From positions 74,092,001-74,156,000 of the forward strand of contig NC_087436.1 in assembly GCF_036321535.1 (NCBI RefSeq): DNA of 64,000 nt, written 5' to 3'. Positions 25,911 through 38,550 of the stretch are shown here, piece by piece. This stretch comes from Camelus dromedarius. Lineage: Eukaryota. The translations under genes and the position numbers were made by a program. Every line of letters begins with the position of its first letter. Within the stretch, counting starts at the first letter, position 1. The notes below the pieces were generated by a model, which saw nothing but the letters and a program-made list of their open reading frames with translations, was not told where the DNA came from and did no database searches.

Positions 25911-27299
25911 GAATGACAATACTCTATATGCAGAATTAGGACTAATGAGCAGAAGTAAAGGGAGGTAGGTTCTAGCTGAGGGTGGAGATGGACATTCCAA
26001 AAACTAGAGCATGTTGAATATATACTTGTTGGACTTCCTTGTGAGCTGTTCAAGCTGAGAGTAGATGAGCATTTGTTGGGATGACAACCGCCACTGGCTG
26101 GCCTCTCTTGGGCACAGTGCTGGACTAGAAGATCTCTAAAATCATCTCCAACCTGGACATTCTGTGATTTTGTATGGAGAACATTCAGCAAAAAGATGAC
26201 CAAAACCACAATGACTTCTCACAAGTGATTTCAGTCACCAGCAAGCCAGATAGGGACAATTCCATCTTCCAGCAAATTTCATGCTCTTTTGCTAAAAAAA
26301 ATGGGGCTCTAGATAAATTTTAATGAGCATCTGTTCTTTAACACCTCTGCGTGTATGTTTACAGTCACCTTAAATTCATCTTACCCTGAATCAGGTCCCT
26401 TCACATTCCCACCTAACTTGTTTTCTAGAGTGTGTTCAGAGACGCCAATAAACTCAACTTCCCAAGTTAGACATTTCAGAGTCTTTATTTGTTCTTCATC
26501 CATTCACACTCCACACTATGCTGAGTCTATCTCTGTAATATCTTTTAACTCAGTGAAAGAGACTTCAATGCAATCATAAGGAAGAATCTTTGAATATGCA
26601 ATTTTGTTAATGTTAGCCCTATTGTATTCTTTCATGCTTTAATGAACTCTTGCTAGACTGCTACAAAATACCTCAAAATGATTCTTCTAGTTTCAGTTTC
26701 GTATAATCTTTCTTTAAAATCAGAGCCATTTGCCTTAACTTTGCACAAAGCGAAGGTTTGAACTAAGACTGGCACTCAAAGCTCTCTACCATGTGTACCC
26801 AGCCTCCCAGCTTCATCTCCATTTTCACTCCCTGACACATACTGTGCCCCAGTCCAAGTCTACTTGCTGTGTCCTGAGCATGTCCTGCTCTTTTAGGGCT
26901 CTGCTTTTATTTGTACCCTTCTTTTCCTTCCTCCTTTCTTCCTAGCAAAAACTTCCCTAGTTTAGTTTTTAGGGATGTGGAGAAAGAGGTTCAATACTAG
27001 CTAGCTGGTAGGAATGTACATTGATCCAGTCTTTAAAAATTAACATTTCAATAATAAGAGAAAGAAAACTGCCCAATGCCTCTGAAAAATATAATTTAAT
27101 GTAGGGACTATATTTGGAGGAAATGTTCCCCTAACTCTTCCCTCATCAAAAGTAGTTAAGTTTCAATTAAATCATTCATGCATACAAAGCGCTGTGCACA
27201 GGGCCTGGCACACAGTAGGCATCTGGTAATCATTAATTACTGCTGTTTACAATGTATTGCTGCTATGAATAGTGCTTCTATAAGTACTAGAGCTGGAGC

Positions 27300-27900
27300 T
27301 ATCTAAGATCAAAACCAACCCAGTTTCTACCCTCACAGATCTTATATTCTAACAGAGAAAGAGAGACAATAAAGAAACAAATCAAAAATACAATTCTGGA
27401 GAGTGGTCAAGTGCAATGATGAAAAGGAGTTGAGGATACTTAGCTAGGGGAGGTCAGGGAAGGACTTTCTGAGGTGACACGTGAGCTGGATGACAAACAG
27501 CAGTCAGCCCCGCAGAGGACTGGTGAAGATCCTAAGAGGAAGTACCACGCGCATGGGTCCTGAGATGAGAAGGGCTCAGTGTTCACTGACTGACAGGCAG
27601 GAGGCTGGTGAGGCTGCATATAGTCTTGGGAGGATGAGAGGTCTGCTTATGGACAGCCCACTGGGTACTATGCCCAAAGGAACCCCGTGCTTATTGCCAA
27701 TTCCTTCCCGAAATTATCCTGAAAAGCTGCTGGTGAGGTTGGCAGGAGGTAGAGCTCACAGGACCTTGAAAAGGCCATACTAAAGACTTTGGGGTTTATT
27801 CTAATTGCAATGGAAAGCCATTGGAGGATGGGAAATACACTGAGTAGAAGCAGGGACCAGCTGTGAGGCCACTGCAGTAGCAGTAGAGGGACTAAAACCT
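27300..27900 (+). mobile_element. L2 fragment
   Basis: L2-typical motifs (ggtcagggaagg..tctgaggtgac; tggaaagccattggagg). Confidence 0.65.
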
Positions 27901-28734
27901 AACTCTAAAGTAGGCCAGAGATCATAAGTGGATTGGGAATGGGGATTGGCTACAAATGGGTGCCAGGGATCTTCACGGGATGATGGAAATGTTCTCAAAC
28001 TAAATTGTGGTGATGACTGCACAATTCAAAATTTACTAAAAATCACTGGATTCTACACTTAACATTGGTGAATTTTACAGTGTGCAAATTATGCTTCAAA
28101 AAACAGTTCAAAAAGAAAGCTGATTGGCTAGTCTATGTACATTTTTGTGATACTTTGTGGGGTAAGAATGGGGGTGCAAATTAGCTGCCTGGTACCCAGA
28201 AGTTAACCAATTAAATCTGAACCCCTGGTTTTTTCCTGACACTGAAAATTCCAAAGTGTCTTCATTTCAAGATGATGAGAGGCTATTTTGGGCCAGATAT
28301 TAACATCCCCTCACATGGAAGCACCTTTGCATGGTCTCTTTTCCCCTGGATTGAGCCTGGAACTCAATCCTCAGGTGTCTGCAACTCTTATTTGATATAC
28401 ACATGGTAGATACTCAATAACATCTTAGCTAAGGACCAAGCTTAAGTCACTTCGTACCTTTATTCTCTTAACTAGAGCAAACACAGTGATATATTTATAG
28501 GAATACAATGAAAGTTTTAAAATTGTTTTAAGTGCTAGACTACCTCTTTCTTATGCACCTAATTTATTTTCTCTTCTCACCAAACCCTTTGTTCAAATCT
28601 CTTCCTTAGGATTTACAGGGCTCAGGAAAATATTTAATGGTCTCTGCTACTATACTTGCCACTGTCCCAGCTAGAGAACTTTAAAATATTCATCAATACA
28701 GGATTGAGTCTATGTGACTTATAAGCATAACCAT

Positions 28735-29135
28735 ATAGTTTCCTACAGTCACCATAACAAATTACCACAAGCTTAGTGGCTTAAAACCAGAGCCATTTAT
28801 TCTTTCAAATCTCCAGCGCCAGAAATTTAAAGTCAGTGTCACAGGAGCTGTGCTCCCTTTAGAGGCTGTAGGAAAGAATCCATTCTTGGCCTCTTCCAGC
28901 TTCTGGTGGCTGTTGGCATTACTACAATCTGTCTCTGTGGTCACACTGCCTCCTCCTCTCTGCCTTCCTCTTATAAGGACACTTACGTTTGCATTTAGGT
29001 CCCACCCAGATAATCTGCTCATTTAAGATCTTTGACTTAATCCTGTAAGAAAAGACCCTTTTTCCTTATCACATTTACAGGTTTCAGGGATTAGGACCTG
29101 GTATTTCGGAGTGGCCCTTATTCAGCCTACTATAC
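28735..29135. mobile_element. MaLR LTR (MLT1-like)
   Basis: ccataacaaattaccacaagcttagtggcttaaaac...attcagcctac, typical of MLT1. Confidence 0.8.
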
Positions 29136-30079
29136 CATATAATTTGGGGCCATTTAGCTTGGGAACAGGTGGCTCACAGAAGCCCTATTTAATGAATTGT
29201 GGATTATTACAGTAAGTGGCCCTAACATAGTAGATAGTCAACATGGAATCCTCTTCGTAAAACACAACAGTAAGGGCTTTGCACATACCAAATAAACTGT
29301 CAATTTCTACCCTCTATTTAGTTGTGTAATAATATTTCTATGGCATAAAAGCCATTTTACCCATGACACAAATAAAGATAACTGTACAAGATTAAAAAAC
29401 AATAAACGTGGTACAGAGGTGGGAGGACCAGACCTCTCCCACCACTCCCCTACCCACACCCCCACGACTTTACACACAGAGAAACAGTCTCACCCAGCTA
29501 ATCTCTGAGATAGTGGAAGGCACTGGCACTTTCCTTCCCGAATCAACTGCTGATAAAGCAAGAAGCCCCCTATGAAATCGCCGACTTCACTCTTCTTACA
29601 CTTTCCTTTGATTTAAAGTACAACAATATGCACGAACAAAACAACCACGGTGGGGACTTGGAACAGAGTTTTGCAGAAGAGGCTGGACTCATCTGAGAAC
29701 TCACTGTTTCTGACTGATGCCGATAACCGTACAGAGCCAGGCTCCTGCAGTCACTTCCAGGGCGGGCTCCAGCTGAACGGGCCCTCGCAGAGCATTTACT
29801 ATCACCTCATCTTGGACGAGCCTGTCCAAGGCTACCCGTCCTCTTTATCTCTCTGTCTTCCCCATCCCTCCTCCCTGGCCGCCAGGAGTAGGAACAGGAG
29901 TTAGCAGTACTGTTGGGACAGGATCCCCAGTTATTTATACAGAAATGGATACTGTGCACAGGGCCCTTTGGTCCCAGAGTTCGGCTACCGTCCCCGAAAA
30001 CAGCAGCCCGTTCTGGTAAAGACACATGTATTAGGCATCTACCATGTGCAAAACAAACACAAAAGTCTGGAAGGTTCCA

Positions 30080-30720
30080 GAAATGAAGACGCGCTGCCCC
30101 AGGTCCTGCGGAGAACGACCCACCACCCCTCACCCGGTCCCCGGGTCGCGCCCGCCCATGTACCTGCGACCTACGCCTCATCCTAAGAGACCAGCCCCAT
30201 CCCCGCGGGAGCGCCGGCGGGCGCGGCGGCCGCACCTGCGTCGACCAGGCGGCTGCAGCGTCGGCGGCGTCGGCGGCGGCGGGGGCGGCTCCTCCTCGGT
30301 GGCGGCGGCGCTGGACGCTGCCCCGCCCACCCCCGCGCCCGCTTCCCGCGCGCTCCCGACACCGCCGGCTCCTCGCGAGCCGCGCGGGCAACGGTTGGGC
30401 ACCTCTGTGAGGCGTGGGGAGGGGGAGGGGTGCTGGATACCCCCGGGGTTGCCCCCGACTCCTCCCTCAGACGCGGTCGCCGGGGCAACCGAGCGCCATT
30501 TACCCCCCGTCTCCCTCCCCCACCCCAGGAGCCCTAAGGGGACGGCGTGCACGCAGCAGGCACCAAGTCCCGCCAACCCTACCCCGGAAACAACCCTAAT
30601 TCTGGCCTCTACTTGCTCTCTCTGCCCCTCAAGGCCTCTCTTTCTACGGCCTCTTCATCGGTCTCCAAGTCCTACTCTTGCCCCGCACCCGAACGCCCCG
30701 GGCTATTCTTGAAGTTGTTC
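30080..30720. promoter_or_regulatory. CpG island / CCDC158 promoter
   Basis: Abruptly GC- and CpG-rich in an AT-rich background. GC box ccccgccc (30321), X-box-like GTCGCCGGGGCAAC (30476-30489), YY1-like CGCCATTT (~30494). Confidence 0.9.
30236..30390 (-). other. CCDC158: Putative non-coding first exon of CCDC158 (5' end approximate)
   Basis: Donor GCAG|gtgcgg at 30235 inside the CpG island. Contains a CCG-rich tract. Confidence 0.6.
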
Positions 30721-32779
30721 CTCCAATGATCTTCCCCAGTTCTTAGCCATTCCCCGAGAGTCAAGCCCAATCTTAGCGGTGCCAGTCAGGCCTCTCCCCA
30801 GACCCCCTGCCCCGCCTTCTGACGCTGCCTCCATCCCCACCCCACCCTCAGTTCCCCTTTGACTATCTCATTTAACATAATTCACATTTTACACCTCTGC
30901 CTTCGGTTATGGTTATGCCGATCCTCTGTCCGGAATGTTTTCCAAGGTTCAGATATATTCTCAGGGTAGCTGACCGTTTTGCCTCCGGAGAGTTGTTTCC
31001 TCCTCTGTGCTTCGGTTGCTCTCTGTCGTCATCTCTAATATAGAATTTATCAGATTATGTGATTACACACTCAAACCTCCCGGTGCTGTCCAAATTAGTG
31101 CTCAAATGGAAGGAATCCAGAACCGCCTAGTGTGATAGATGCTACCTGTCGCGTTAATATTGTCAGCCGTCACGTTATACAGACACCTACAAATAACTTT
31201 TTAATGTGTAAATTGATTGGAAATATTAATAAATCCTGTTATATAATACAGTTATAAGTTTTAATCAAATTAGTATTAAGTACCACTAAAGATTGCTGTT
31301 TATCGTATTTATAATTTAAATTATTCCATTTATTAATTCGGAGAGATCTAAGATTACCTATAGAATCAAGCACTTCTATAGGCAATGAAATGTAAGTACT
31401 AAATGGAAAGGTGAATGGTTTAAGTTTTGTGGCTAGACAGAAAGCAATTTTTAATTATTCTGTTTTAAAGTTTTATTCTATCAAAGCCTGAGTGTGTTCC
31501 TATGGCAAGGAAAGTTTTTAGTTACCTAATATGTGATATCCTTTGGTGTCTTAATATTTGTATGGTGGGCCCTGAGAACCAAGAAAGTTCCTTTTTCTTT
31601 TCTTGTCATTTCAACAAATATTTATTAAACACCAACAACATGCCAGGAATATCAGTGAACAAAACAGACCAAACCCTGCCCTCGTGGAACTCATCCTAGT
31701 TGGGAGAGACAGATCACAAATAATCACTGTGCTAATTAAGATATTAGGCCATGGTGAGTGCTGTGGAGACAAGTGAAGCAGGGAAGAGAAGGAAGTGTGG
31801 GATATATGGACATTTAAATAGACCAGGGAAGGACCCACCTGATTCCCCGGGGCCTTTGTGATTGGATTTCTAGAAGCATTTCCTGACGGGGAGCTGAGGA
31901 CATGAGCAATTTCTAATTTGGGGTTACTTTTGAAACGAGTTTTAAAAGACTTTCCTATACCATCCTAAGTATAGGAATATTTTTAATCTTTAGAGTTGAG
32001 GTTTTTTAAATCAACTTTATTGATGTACCCTTCACTTACAATGAAGTTCATTCATATTAAGTGTACAGATTGTTAAGTTTCAAGAAATATACACACTGAG
32101 TAACCAGCACTCCAATCAAGATGTAGAACATTTCGGTCTCCCCAGAATGTTGTATCCCTTTGTCTTCCCCGCACCCCACCCCCGACACTGATAGGAGTTG
32201 AGCTTTTAAAAAATTCAAGATGTTGAGTTTGTTTGGTTTTTTTGAGGATAGATTCTTTGTTTACAGAAGAATGAAAAAAAAAAGGGATAGAAGTAAGAGA
32301 TCGAAGCCAAATAACTAATAAAATAAGGCAGATTGCCTTTTCTCCTCTAGGCTATGTCTGCCATAAAGGCCAGTTACCTTTGTCACTAGCATCTTTGAAG
32401 CTGGCTCTGGCTCTTCCAAAATAAAGAACACTTAATGTTCTTTATCATAGCAATCTATTGTTTGAGATCTTAACACTGCTATTTCTGCTGAGCTATGTTC
32501 TTATTAAGAAGATTCTTTATGTCTCATCTAGGAAATAAACAATAAATTTGTGGATATGTTTCTACCAGTTTTTAAACACAATAACTTACTATGATAACTC
32601 CCATAACAGTTACAACGTTTGCCAGACATGTAATATTTAGTTTCTGCTATCGGATATTACTATTATTTGGTTCTTTATGCCTCCTGCAGTTTTTGTGACA
32701 CTCACCCACAACCACGCTCAGCGTGGTGAAGTGATGTACTGATTAATCATAGTGTCATACTTTTCAGTGTTTCTTTACC

Positions 32780-33250
32780 TTTTACAAATACTTTTTAAAA
32801 ACTTATTGTGGCAAAATATACAAAAGAAAATTTACCATTTTAATCATTTTTAAGTGTATAGTTCAGATAAATATATTCACCTTGTTTTACAACTATTGCC
32901 ACCATCTGCCTCCAGAACTTTTTCATCTTCCCAAACTGAACTCTGTACCCAATAAACTCTAACTCTCTATTCACCATTCCCCCATGCCCTGGCAACCACC
33001 ATTCTACTTTCTGTCTCTATAAATTTGACTATTCAAGGTACCTCATATAAATGGAATCATACGGTATTTGTCCTCAGTGACTGGCTTATTTCACATAGCA
33101 GAGTATCCTCAAGTTTAACCCATGTTGTAGTGTGTGTCAGAATTGCCTTCCTTTTTAAGGTTGAATAATATCCCATTATTATTATATATATTATAGTAAT
33201 TCCATTATGTATTATAAATTCATCTGTCGATGGAATCCTTGAGTTTTTTT
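32780..33250 (-). mobile_element. L1 3'UTR fragment (L1MA/MB-like)
   Basis: ggcaaccaccattctactttctgtctctat...gactggcttatttcac. Confidence 0.8.
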
Positions 33251-33338
33251 TAAACTAACTTTATCGAGGTATAATTTCTGTTCAATAAACTGCATTTGTT
33301 TAATAAAAAGCATACCATTTGATGAGTTTTGATGGATA

Positions 33339-33560
33339 CATTTGACCCTTGAACAGTAAGTGTTTGAACTGTGCAGGTCCACTTCTACACATTTTTTTTT
33401 CAGTAATAAACTATAGTGCTACATGATCTGTGGTCGGTTAAATCCTTGATGCAAAATCGAAGAAACAGAGGGTTGACTGTAAACTTACATACAGATTCTC
33501 AACTGTGGGATGGAGGGGGGATCTGTGCCCCTAACCTTCATGCTGCTCAAGGGTCAACTG
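33339..33560. mobile_element. Non-autonomous Tigger-type DNA transposon (MER8-like)
   Basis: Terminal inverted repeats CATTTGACCCTTGAACAG / CTGCTCAAGGGTCAACTG with TA on both flanks. Confidence 0.85.
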
Positions 33561-36130
33561 TATACACCTGTGAAGCTACTGTGTCAATCAGGACACAACG
33601 TTTCCATCATTCCTGAAAGATTTGAATTGTTTGTGCTCTCATAGTTTGTGACAGTCCTTAGGACGGTTGGTGAAGCAGATGCTGTAATCTGCATGCCCAG
33701 CATCCATTTCTCTTTCCTCCTTTCTCAGAGAATCCCACTTTGTGTATTCAACACAACATTCTGCAGAGCCATGACATTGCTGCAGGCGAAGTTCTAGCAG
33801 GTGCATCCTGATGATTTTAAACTAATCTTTGGGCTTTCAGTTCTCTTTCAAGTGGCTGTTTTCAGGTGAGGTTTCTTAGTATTTAGCAGTGAGGGAAGGT
33901 CAGCTGGGGAAGTTTTTCTCGGTCCTAAGAAAGAGACAAATGTGGAGATGATTCTTTTTGCTTCTGAAAGGTTGCCTAGAGAGATTGTGCAAACTTTAAA
34001 ATAAGGTTGATTTCTGCCTATTTGAGTGGTTCTGAGACGCTCTTTCTGAAAAAGACTAACCTTCCAAACCTACAGTTTAACAACACGTTGTCTACAGTTA
34101 CTTTCATGGTTATTTAATGAGCCAGAAGAACCACTAGATGTCACTCTGACTTTAGTTTTTATTTTCAGAGCTGTGACATTTTCAATCTTTGAAATATTAA
34201 ATTTAAAGGCATTCAAAAAATCCAATAAGTTAAAAAATCACATTTTAGCATTTAAGATTCTAAAAGAGATAAAGATATGGGTTACTGTGAAAAATTAAAA
34301 TCAAGAAATGAGAATTTTGAAAATGAACAGATTAATTTTCCCTTAAGTGGCCTTAACAAATAGAATGATGCATAATTCCTAAGTCAAAAGAGTGATTAGG
34401 CAAATGACATTTAAAAGAGTGTTTGGTACAGGCACGCCAGACAAAGAGGAGAGGCAACATGATTGAGAGATTTTTCTACCCTGGCGCCACAGAACACAGA
34501 AACAGAGTAACATGAACTTAATTACAACAATGGGAATTTTTCATATAAAGACAGAAAGTAAAGTTGTGAGCTGTGTTGGATCTATTTGTCTTGAAGGAAG
34601 TACTTGATAAAAAAGAGTAGAAGTAATTCTAAGTCAGAGGCAGATAGAAGGCGGGAAGAAGTAGAAAGAGAGAAAACAAGTTTCGAAGCCCCCTCTGTGA
34701 GACGACACTAAGCTTCCCTAAACTTTTTCCTAAACCAGGAAGATCCATGAAGGGTTTCATTGTGTTTACTCTGAACGCTTGTAGTTGCAAGTAACAGAAA
34801 CCCAACTCCAGCTGTTTAAGGAAAAAATACATATGTGTTTATAGGCTTACCATGCTGGTAAGAGTGGGATAGCTTCAGGTATGGCTGTATCTGGTAAAGG
34901 CAGCAATTCTCAAAGTGTAGTCTGGGGATCTTGGGGAGTCCCTGAGACCCTTTTGGGTCTACAAGATCAAATCCATTTTCATAATAATACTAAGACATAG
35001 TCTTAGTCCCTTCCACTGTCAGCAGCTTGAGGAAACAGGGTTGTTTTTCTCTCCCTGGAGAGGAAAGAGAGTCCAATTTCATTCTCTAGAGTTTGGGTCC
35101 AAATCACATGCCCAAACGGAAGTTATCCTTATGAATTAGCAATGTCAGTTACATAGAAAGTTGTCTTTTTGCCAGAATTATGCAAAAGACCTACCTTAAA
35201 CTGAGAATCCATTCCTAAGTGTCTGAAGATTTTAACTTAATGCCCACTTATGCTGCTTGCAGGAGTCATCTGGTCAGATTATTTAACCTTTTCATGGCCT
35301 CTATGTCCTTACTTCTAAAAATAAGGATGCATTCTTTGATTCTGAGCAATGGAAGATGCGGAAAAATGTTATTCCAATCCTGGCCTATCAGCTGCTACAC
35401 TGAATATCCATCAAATGAAGTTCTGCATGTTCTTTTTTTTAGATTGTATCTTGATTTTCATTAGATATTTATGACTTAAATATTTTTGGTGATAATGTAA
35501 ATGAGAGGTTTCATCAGTCTACAAGCACTGAGTTCTGTTCTTCACTGCTTACCTTGTTCTTAATTTCCTTTGCCTTTTGTTAGCTTCATTACTTTTAAAA
35601 TTAAATGTTGATTCTGTGAAATTCCAGTTTTTGCAAAATGAATTAGGACCAAGGTCATAATTGCCACAAAAAATATCCAGAAAAACTATTTACTTAGGGT
35701 TTTATTTAAATAAATATACATATTTGAAAACTCAGTGAAAGAAAAGCCAAAATTTCACCATTTATTCTTAATTTATAAATTAATCTGCAAAAGGAAACCC
35801 AGTGAAAATTGCATAAATTACTCTTAAGAATCTGACAGTGTTTACCATATATTTTCATTTTGTATATGAAACCTTTTGTTTCCACTAAAATAGCATCATT
35901 ACATAAAAATGAGATTTTACTTTTTTTGTCTTTGAGCCCTACAGAGGAAGTCACCACTGAAAAGCAAATAATACTTGTCATGTGTTGTTATACATTAAAT
36001 ATTATCTAGACTTCTTTGTATATTATGTCTGCTTCTCTGTTATATTAACTTTTCATTAACTATAGGTACAAACACCAAAATTAAATTGATATCAAAACCT
36101 GTTTCCAACATAATTCATATTATCACATAC

Positions 36131-36402
36131 TTTTTAAAAAATTCAAGTATAGTTGATTTACAGTGTTGTGCTAGTTTCAAGTATACAGCAAAGTGATTTA
36201 GTTATATATATATATATATATATATTCTTTTTCAGATTCTTTTCCATTATAGATTATCACAAGATATTGAATACATCGTGTGCTATATAGTAGGACCTTG
36301 CTGTTTATCTATTTTACATATAGTAGTGTGCATCTGCTAATTTCAAACTCCTAATTTATTCTTTTCCCTTTGGTAACCAGAAGTTTGCTTTCTATGTCTG
36401 AC
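36131..36402 (-). mobile_element. L1 3' tail with internal (TA)n
   Basis: L1 3'-end sequence flanked by ATTATCACATAC copies. Confidence 0.85.
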
Positions 36403-36414
36403 ATTATCACATAC

Positions 36415-36547
36415 GTTTTTGGGGGGCGGGGTAATTAGGTTTATTTATTTATTATTATTTTTTTTTAATGGAGCTACTAGGGAATGAACCCAGGACCTCG
36501 TGCATGCTAAGTATGTGCTCTACCACTGAGCAATACCCTCTCCTCCC
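36415..36547 (-). mobile_element. tRNA-derived SINE (Vic-1-like)
   Basis: Reverse complement has a tRNA-like head GCTCAGTGGTAGAGCACATACTTAGCATGCACGAGGTCCTGGGTTCATTCCC and tail aaataaacctaattacc. TSD ATTATCACATAC. Confidence 0.85.
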
Positions 36548-36655
36548 ATTATCACATACTTTTAAACAGAAAAAGTTTTAGCAAAATATCCCTTGGAAAT
36601 AATTCTAAATTGTTTCAATAACTTGACAGCTGAGGCTTCTGGATAAAAGAAAGTT

Positions 36656-37077
36656 TGTTACCGAGCAGGACCCTGTGGGGCCTTCCTGGGTCAGACCCCT
36701 CCCCCATATCCTCTGCCATAGCTCTTCTCTGAATATTTCCTGAGTTTTCCAGATGCTTAATACCACCACCAAAGGGAAGAAATTACTTAATGAGCAAGAG
36801 AACGTGGCCCCCAGACCTTCTGGCACCTAGGGGTTGATAGCGTTGACCGCCTGGTTACCTCCACATCAACCAATCAGAGAACTGTGCACGAGCTGATCAC
36901 GTACCCTGCGACCCCACCCTTACCTGGCTTTTAAGTATGCTTTGCTGAAACCCTTTGGGGAATTCAGGCTTTTCTTGGGCATGAACCACTGCGTCCTCCT
37001 TGCTTGGTCCTGCAAAACTTTGACGTTTCAGTTTGGCCTCGTGGTGCAGGGGGCACACAAACTTGCCTTCAGTAACA
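36656..37077 (+). mobile_element. Solo LTR (ERV1-like)
   Basis: Inverted termini TGTTAC...GTAACA, internal CCAATCAG and TATA-like segment. TSD not clearly preserved. Confidence 0.7.
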
Positions 37078-37599
37078 GTATTAATGTTAAATTTTATATA
37101 GCATTATTACAAAATTCCACTGCTAACCTGAAATCAGGACAACATTCCACCTTGAGTGCCCATTACTTGCCAGACATTTCTTGACATTTAAAGAATGGGT
37201 GACAGTCTTGGAGTAGATAACAATTAAAAGACAGAAAAAAGTCTGCGTCCTGTTTGTATTGAATCAAACAAGCAGAAATTTGGTTGGAGAGTCCTATTTC
37301 AGGATGAGAGGCTGGTCATATATTTTACTTGGCATTTTCTTCTAGTGAACAAAATAAAGCCCTTGCGCTGTCACCTTAACACTGACTTAAATGTTTACCA
37401 AAACCGCTCAGGGCACTGCTTCTCAAACTTGGCTGCACAGCGGAATCGCCCGGCGTTTTTTAAAAAAAATGTCAATGCCTGAGTTTCACCCCCAGAGATT
37501 CTGCTTTAATTGGAACAAGGTGGGGCTATTCTATCAACTATTTTTCTACTCCTTGCTAATTAGCCATTTGTAAGGTATTTCTAACTGTCTACGTTTTAT

Positions 37600-38550
37600 C
37601 AACTGTAAGACTGTTTTGATTGGCTGGGTCTCTGTGGTGAACTGAATTCCGCATAGCAGTGCTTATTGTGCAGAAAGGTTGCGGTGCCTCTGTTTGCCCT
37701 AATCCATTTCCTCTCCCTTCCTTACTCTTTCTTTCAGATGAGGCAAGTGGCTACCGCGGCAGCAGCAGTGTCTGGTCATCCCTGAAAATACCAAAGAAAG
37801 AACTAAGCTGCCTCCTGGATAATTTTTCCACTGAATGTGAATTTACCAATGCTTTTTTTTTTTTTTTCCATTTTTCTCTCCATCCTGCAAAAACTTTTTT
37901 TTTTCTTCAAGAAACAAACTATGAACTTATTGCTGAAAAATGCAGACCAAAAGTTTTATCAAAGCTTCTCTGTCTCTTTGGGACAAGTTAGAAAATTCTG
38001 AAGCAAGCAGAAGCATAGTAAGTGCTTTCTTTCTTTTAAAACTACTGGGGAGAGGGGAGGCTATTGTAATGGTAAATTTCACTCGGAGAGGAAGAAAGGG
38101 TTGATAATCAAAACTGAGGTATTCGTTCAAGTTGCTGCAATTTCCTTTCTACATCGTTAGATGGCTTTAAGTTTCTCTGTAAAATCTACAGGAAAAGTTT
38201 TGGTGTGTGTGTCTGTGAAATAAAAGCCATCTTAAGAGTGACATTGAAAGAAGTTTTTTTTTTCTTTGAACAGAGTGGATAGACAGACACCACTTAGGGA
38301 GCTTCCACGAGGATTGGAAATTCCAGGATGAGAATTTACATTCAGAGATGTTGAATTGGAAAATCCTCCTGGTTCAGGATCTTGCAGTTAAGCTTGGAAG
38401 GACATTTTACAACTGAAAGAATTATTTTCTGAAAACTTCCCTTTTGACTGGCGTGCATCCTGAAGGGTGGAATAATGTGCGGTAGAGCCACTGCTTTCCT
38501 GAATCTGCTCCAGGCATTTAAACTTTAACTCGAGGGATCATGTATTTGGC
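37600..38550 (+). promoter_or_regulatory. SHROOM3: Probable SHROOM3 proximal promoter and long 5'UTR
   Basis: Repeat-free unique sequence directly upstream of the ATG, with a reverse CCAAT box (gattgg ~37618). TSS cannot be fixed from sequence. Confidence 0.55.

Noticed and set aside
29807..30729. Long ORFs (194, 222, 132, 101 aa) over the CpG island
   Set aside because: Low-complexity Pro/Arg/Gly/Ala frames on both strands, expected from stop-codon scarcity in GC-rich DNA. No recognisable domain.
36119..36559. Three spaced direct repeats resembling a CRISPR-like array
   Set aside because: Only 12 bp long, the spacers are an L1 tail and a SINE, and the context is mammalian. Explained as TSDs.
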